NCBI GenBank assembly: GCA_963716055.1
Contig: CAVQSR010000004.1
Location: 97,888-161,887, forward strand
Reading direction: 5' to 3'
DNA length: 64,000 bases
From: an uncultured Gemmatimonadales bacterium
GTDB taxonomy: Bacteria > Gemmatimonadota > Gemmatimonadetes > Gemmatimonadales > GWC2-71-9
Positions 60,560 to 64,000 of this stretch are shown piece by piece. The translations under genes were made by a program, and so were the position numbers. Positions within the stretch are counted from its first letter, which is position 1. Every line of letters starts with the position of its first letter. Below the pieces are notes generated by a model. The model ran no database searches, was not told the origin of the DNA, and saw nothing but the letters and a program-made list of their open reading frames with translations.

Positions 60560-61070
60560 GAAACAAGGCGCCAGTGAGCGCATTCAACGTTATGGCCAAA
60601 GCAGCAGGGACGTGTTGCTGCACCTGTTTTGTCGAGAATCGAGCCAGTTGCTGAGCCAGGAATTCAACGAGACCCGTATTCTCTTTGAGCAGGCTGCGAC
60701 ATATGTCTGGTGATGTGTCCTCTTCTGAGGTGGCGAGAATCAGCAAGGCTTGGGCCCGAACGAAGCGACGACGGGCCTCTGCGTCCGGTATGGCGTTTGT
60801 GAACCGAGCCCCGCGTTCAGTGCACTCAAACGCGAACTCGGCTGCATCCGCGTGCGCGCTGCGAAGAGTGACAGCTGCCATGCCCAGGTTAATCCAGAGC
60901 CCAGCGATCTGATCTTGTCTCGCCAGGCCAGCCTCTTCCCACCCTCTCACATAGGTGTTTTCAAGGAAGTCTGGAAGGTCTCGACTGAGCTTCACAGACA
61001 TTAGAAACCTTTGGAGTTCGCTGAAAAAGGCAGCATCCGGAGCCGCGCCCAGTACCTCATCCCACCCCAT
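60560..61070 (-). CDS. Hypothetical protein (3' end uncertain; track ORF overlaps the ankyrin gene)
   Basis: Globular-looking N-terminal ~150 aa. Confidence 0.4.
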
Positions 61071-61265
61071 AAGAATCCCCTTCTAGGTAGGTGGCAGATC
61101 AGTGATCGGGTGACCGCCCCTCGTTCAACTCACCAATAGGGTAGTACAGTACTATTGGTCTCATTGAACCAACACTTCAAGGGATAGCGTGGCTGACGGT
61201 GCAAGCTAGCAAATCTCTATTGGATTCGTGCCGAGGGTGCCTCTCTATTTCCGAAGAGACCTTGA

Positions 61266-61375
61266 TGACCAAGACAGGCGAACCCTCCCTGGAACTTGCC
61301 AAGAATAAGCCCGTCGGCATCTGGATCCGGGTCTCGACCGAAGACCACGCCAAAGGCGAAAGCACCGAGCCAACC
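61266..61375 (+). pseudogene. N-terminal stub of a serine recombinase
   Basis: KPVGIWIRVSTEDHAKGES matches the (Y/W)xRVST catalytic motif; similarity stops after ~35 aa. Confidence 0.65.
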
Positions 61376-61435
61376 GCCAGGGCGCAGCCTGAGAAGCATC
61401 TCCTGAAGCGCCTCTTGTCTGCACTGTTCGAAGGG

Positions 61436-61955
61436 TCAGCCCACCCCGCGCCGATCCAAACTACGGTACTGGATCGCCTCGCTCACGTGCTTGGGCTGGA
61501 TGTCGGTCGCTCGGTCCAGGTCGGCGATGGTCCGGGCGATCTTGAGCACGCGATGATAGCCGCGCGCCGATAGCCCGAGCCGCGTGATCGCGGTGCGCAA
61601 GAGCCCGTCGGCCCCGTCGGACACGCGACAGAACGCCCGGATGTCGCGCGGCGCCATGTGGGCGTTGGCGTGAATGCCCTGGCGTTTGGCGAACCGCTCG
61701 CGCTGCACCAGTCGCGCCCGGTCCACGCGCTCGCGAATCGCTTCGCTCGGCTCCCCCCCGCCCCGCTCTGCCAGCGCCTGATACGCCACCGCCGGCACTT
61801 CGAGATGGAGATCGATGCGATCGAGCAGCGGGCCCGACACGCGCGCCAGATAGCGTTGCACGCCGAGCGGCCCGCAGGAGCAGTTGTGCTGCGGGTCGCC
61901 GAACCAGCCGCAGGGACAGGGATTCATGGCGACCGTGGACATGAAACGCCGGGGC
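61436..61955 (-). pseudogene. comM: 3' fragment of comM/yifB (Mg-chelatase-like ATPase)
   Basis: AMNPCPCG, RVSGPLLDRIDL, LSARGYHRVLKIARTIADL, EAIQYRSLDR; no Walker A or 5' half. Confidence 0.9.
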
Positions 61956-62095
61956 TAGGACCGGCCTTGGAGTAAGAGTTGGAGTAAGAACGTGCTACTT
62001 CTGCGGCCTTTCCTCTACATCAGGTACTACACGAGGACGCCCTAACATCGCGTGAGTACAACATTTGGTAGTACCTGACGCTTGTTGCCGCGTGC

Positions 62096-62134
62096 ACCCC
62101 ATTCAGGTGCGCTACCGGACTGCGCTACGTCCCG
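62096..62134 (-). repeat. att junction: 5' half of tRNA-Pro only
   Basis: ACCCCATTCAGGTGCGCTACCGGACTGCGCTACGTCCCG is identical to 49014-49052; the 3' half is absent. Confidence 0.93.
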
Positions 62135-62588
62135 AGGGATCACAATCTACTACATCTACACGACTTACGCTTTTCGCAGCGCACCATCGGTCTTGCTACA
62201 TGGAGTGAATCTCGTGGAGTAAGACTGTGGAGTAAAAAGACACCGATTCCGCGTCGCCACCCGGCTCAGGGGCGACGCTCCGACTTCCCAAGATCGTGTG
62301 AATCATCTCGGAAGTATGTCCGAGGTGAGCTGGCCCACGGTTGACAACGTCAACGCCCCCCTGGCTGGTATTCAGGTGCGCCGTTTTTCTAACGGTCGTC
62401 TGACGAACAGCGTCCAGATCCCGGCGTGTCTCCAGGACGGTTTCGCCGCGGCGACGGTGTTCTAGTCGTTTCCCGCCGCGCACTGGAAGAAGATCCGAAC
62501 GACCAATGGACTCGAGCGGCTGCACGACGAGACCAAGCGGCGCATCCTTTCCCCGATCGGGCGAGTGAGGCCCCACGCCGGATACCCA

Positions 62589-62880
62589 AGTGTGCAATTT
62601 CAATCGGCGAATTGCACACTCGGGGGGCGGCCAGCCCAAGGGTAAGGCGCTCGCCTCCTGCCGGCTGGGCCGGCGGGGACGGGGCAACGGGGATTTGGCG
62701 GGGGCGGCCGCCAGGCGCGTGGCGAGCGCGGTGCTCGCGCATCCGGTAGCTGTTGCCCCGGATGTCCACGATGTGACAATGATGGAGGAGCCGGTCAATC
62801 AGGGCCGCGGCCATGACCTCGTCGCCTAGCACCTCGCCCCACTCCTCGAAGCTCTTGTTGCTGGTGAGCACCGTGCTGGC
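62589..62880 (-). pseudogene. IS21 remnant: istB 3' end plus terminal repeat
   Basis: LTSNKSFEEWGEVLGDEVMAAALIDRLLHHCH; AGTGTGCAATT / AATTGCACACT inverted repeat at 62589-62620. Confidence 0.85.
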
Positions 62881-62902
62881 GTGCTCGTACCTTGCGCCTA
62901 GA

Positions 62903-63403
62903 TCACTGGTTCTTGATCAGGCCTACCTGAAGCGTTGCTTGCACTCTCTTGTTGTCCCTGAACGTCACCGAGCCATCGAAAAGGTTGAACTCGATGGCTC
63001 GGACCTTGCTGGCGTTGAAACCACGGCCAGCGGCTTCCGAAAGGGCCGCCGTGCCTTGCAGGGCATTCAGCAGGGTGGCCTCGGTGTAAGTAGCGCCGTT
63101 GTAGACGGCCTTTAGAAACCTTCCCTTGGCGTCAAGCAGGACGTAGTTCGCGTGTCGTGCAGTGTCTGCTGATGCCGCTTCGAGGGTGCTGAGGTCAAAG
63201 ATCGCCGTCCTTTTGTCTGACAACTTGTAGATGAGCAAGACACCCTGGCCAGTCAACCGGGCATCGGCGGCGACGATTCTGGTGCCCTGCAGCTCGTCGC
63301 GGCTCGCCAGTATTGAATCGGCCTTTTGATCCTGTTGGGCGGCACCCTCCGTCAAGAACGAAGGGAACAGCAGACCTAAGATCAGAATGTGTCTAGGGCT
63401 CAT
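62903..63403 (-). CDS. Exported hypothetical protein
   Basis: Signal peptide MSPRHILILGLLFPSFLTEGAA; GGAGG SD. Confidence 0.6.
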   Translation of the reverse strand: MSPRHILILGLLFPSFLTEGAAQQDQKADSILASRDELQGTRIVAADARLTGQGVLLIYKLSDKRTAIFDLSTLEAASADTARHANYVLLDAKGRFLKAVYNGATYTEATLLNALQGTAALSEAAGRGFNASKVRAIEFNLFDGSVTFRDNKRVQATLQVGLIKNQ

Positions 63404-63580
63404 GATAACCCTCCTAGTCTCTTGAACGGACCGATGTCGCTATGCCGCTGGCCTCGCTCACAATGCGGGCGAGGTCGGGTGTTGCTCCAAGAGGGCGGTC
63501 ACCCCGTCGAGATTATCGCGCTCGATCGCCCGGTAGATTCCTTGACTGCTCATGGCAAAGCATACCAGCACTTATTCAGG

Positions 63581-64000
63581 CTACCCCTGCCATGCTCCTA
63601 TTCCATCCCATACGAATTCGAGGTTGCGCGGCGCACCATGGACGGTACATGTGTGAGCAAACTCCGCATGAGCGGCCCGCATCAGATCCATTCCTCCCCT
63701 CTTGTTGAACATCTCGCCGATTCCCCGAAGTTCTTGCTCGGGTGCCCCTCCCTGACCTTGAACGAATCCCTGCGGATGATCACTATAGATGGAGACCATT
63801 TTGTCAATTGCCTCACCGAACCAAGGCTCACTTGGACGCGCTACGTCCGCCCTACGGGCCGCTTCTTTCGCGGAGTCCACTCCGGCTACTGTAAACCCCA
63901 TTTGGCGCCACATTTCAGCTTGGCGATCAATGGCCTCCTCGGCAACTGTGGAACCACCTTTCTGCGTAGATTTGTTTGTCTCGCTCTGCGGTGCCTTGCC
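63581..64000 (-). CDS. Hypothetical protein, 5' end outside the window
   Basis: The frame stays open from 64000 to the stop; ends GGMDLMRAAH...RNLEFVWDGIGAWQG. Confidence 0.55.
   Translation of the reverse strand, partial: GKAPQSETNKSTQKGGSTVAEEAIDRQAEMWRQMGFTVAGVDSAKEAARRADVARPSEPWFGEAIDKMVSIYSDHPQGFVQGQGGAPEQELRGIGEMFNKRGGMDLMRAAHAEFAHTCTVHGAPRNLEFVWDGIGAWQG

Larger units (their letters stand above)
49021..62095. mobile_element. Integrated island upstream of tRNA-Pro (~13 kb), no intact integrase seen
   Basis: Bounded by the anticodon-loop core at 49014-49020 and 62096-62102; low GC; defence-like and IS content. Confidence 0.75.

Noticed and set aside
61199-61573. Intact integrase/recombinase for the island
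   Set aside because: Only about 35 residues resemble a serine recombinase; the rest of the ORF is the antisense of the comM fragment.

Overview
The window comes from a high-GC bacterium; the gene repertoire resembles Gemmatimonadota, which is an inference. It has two halves. Positions 1 to ~39.9 kb are very GC-rich, chromosome-like DNA. They carry a ring-cleaving dioxygenase, an ornithine cyclodeaminase-family enzyme, a hybrid histidine kinase whose phospho-His is replaced by Tyr, two Ser/Thr kinases (one fused to BRCT), an ankyrin protein, a ~2860-codon NdvB/Cgs-type glucan synthase/GH94 gene, cspA, an amidase, phoX, cls, three Uma2 paralogues and hicB-hicA. They also carry a signalling cluster: STAS + RsbW-like, ECF sigma, a membrane anti-sigma-like protein with 26 tandem 9-aa repeats, a gluzincin/propeller/barrel outer-membrane protein, PrsW and a REC-PP2C phosphatase. 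Positions ~39.9 kb to the end are lower-GC accessory DNA organised around one tRNA-Pro(GGG) at 48979-49052. A displaced 3' half of this tRNA lies at 39895-39940 and a 5' half at 62096-62134, all three sharing the 7-bp anticodon loop. This indicates integrative elements stacked on both sides of the tRNA, with no integrase visible in the window. Their cargo includes an attC-like cassette array, an HNH protein, a protein with two HEPN-like motifs, a 1342-aa PNP-STAND (Avs/NLR-like) protein followed by a decayed MBL-fold gene, an intact IS21, IS256/IS3/IS21 scars and a comM 3' fragment. Several frameshifts between 11 and 22 kb may be sequencing or assembly indels. All family assignments come from motifs read by eye; no searches were run.
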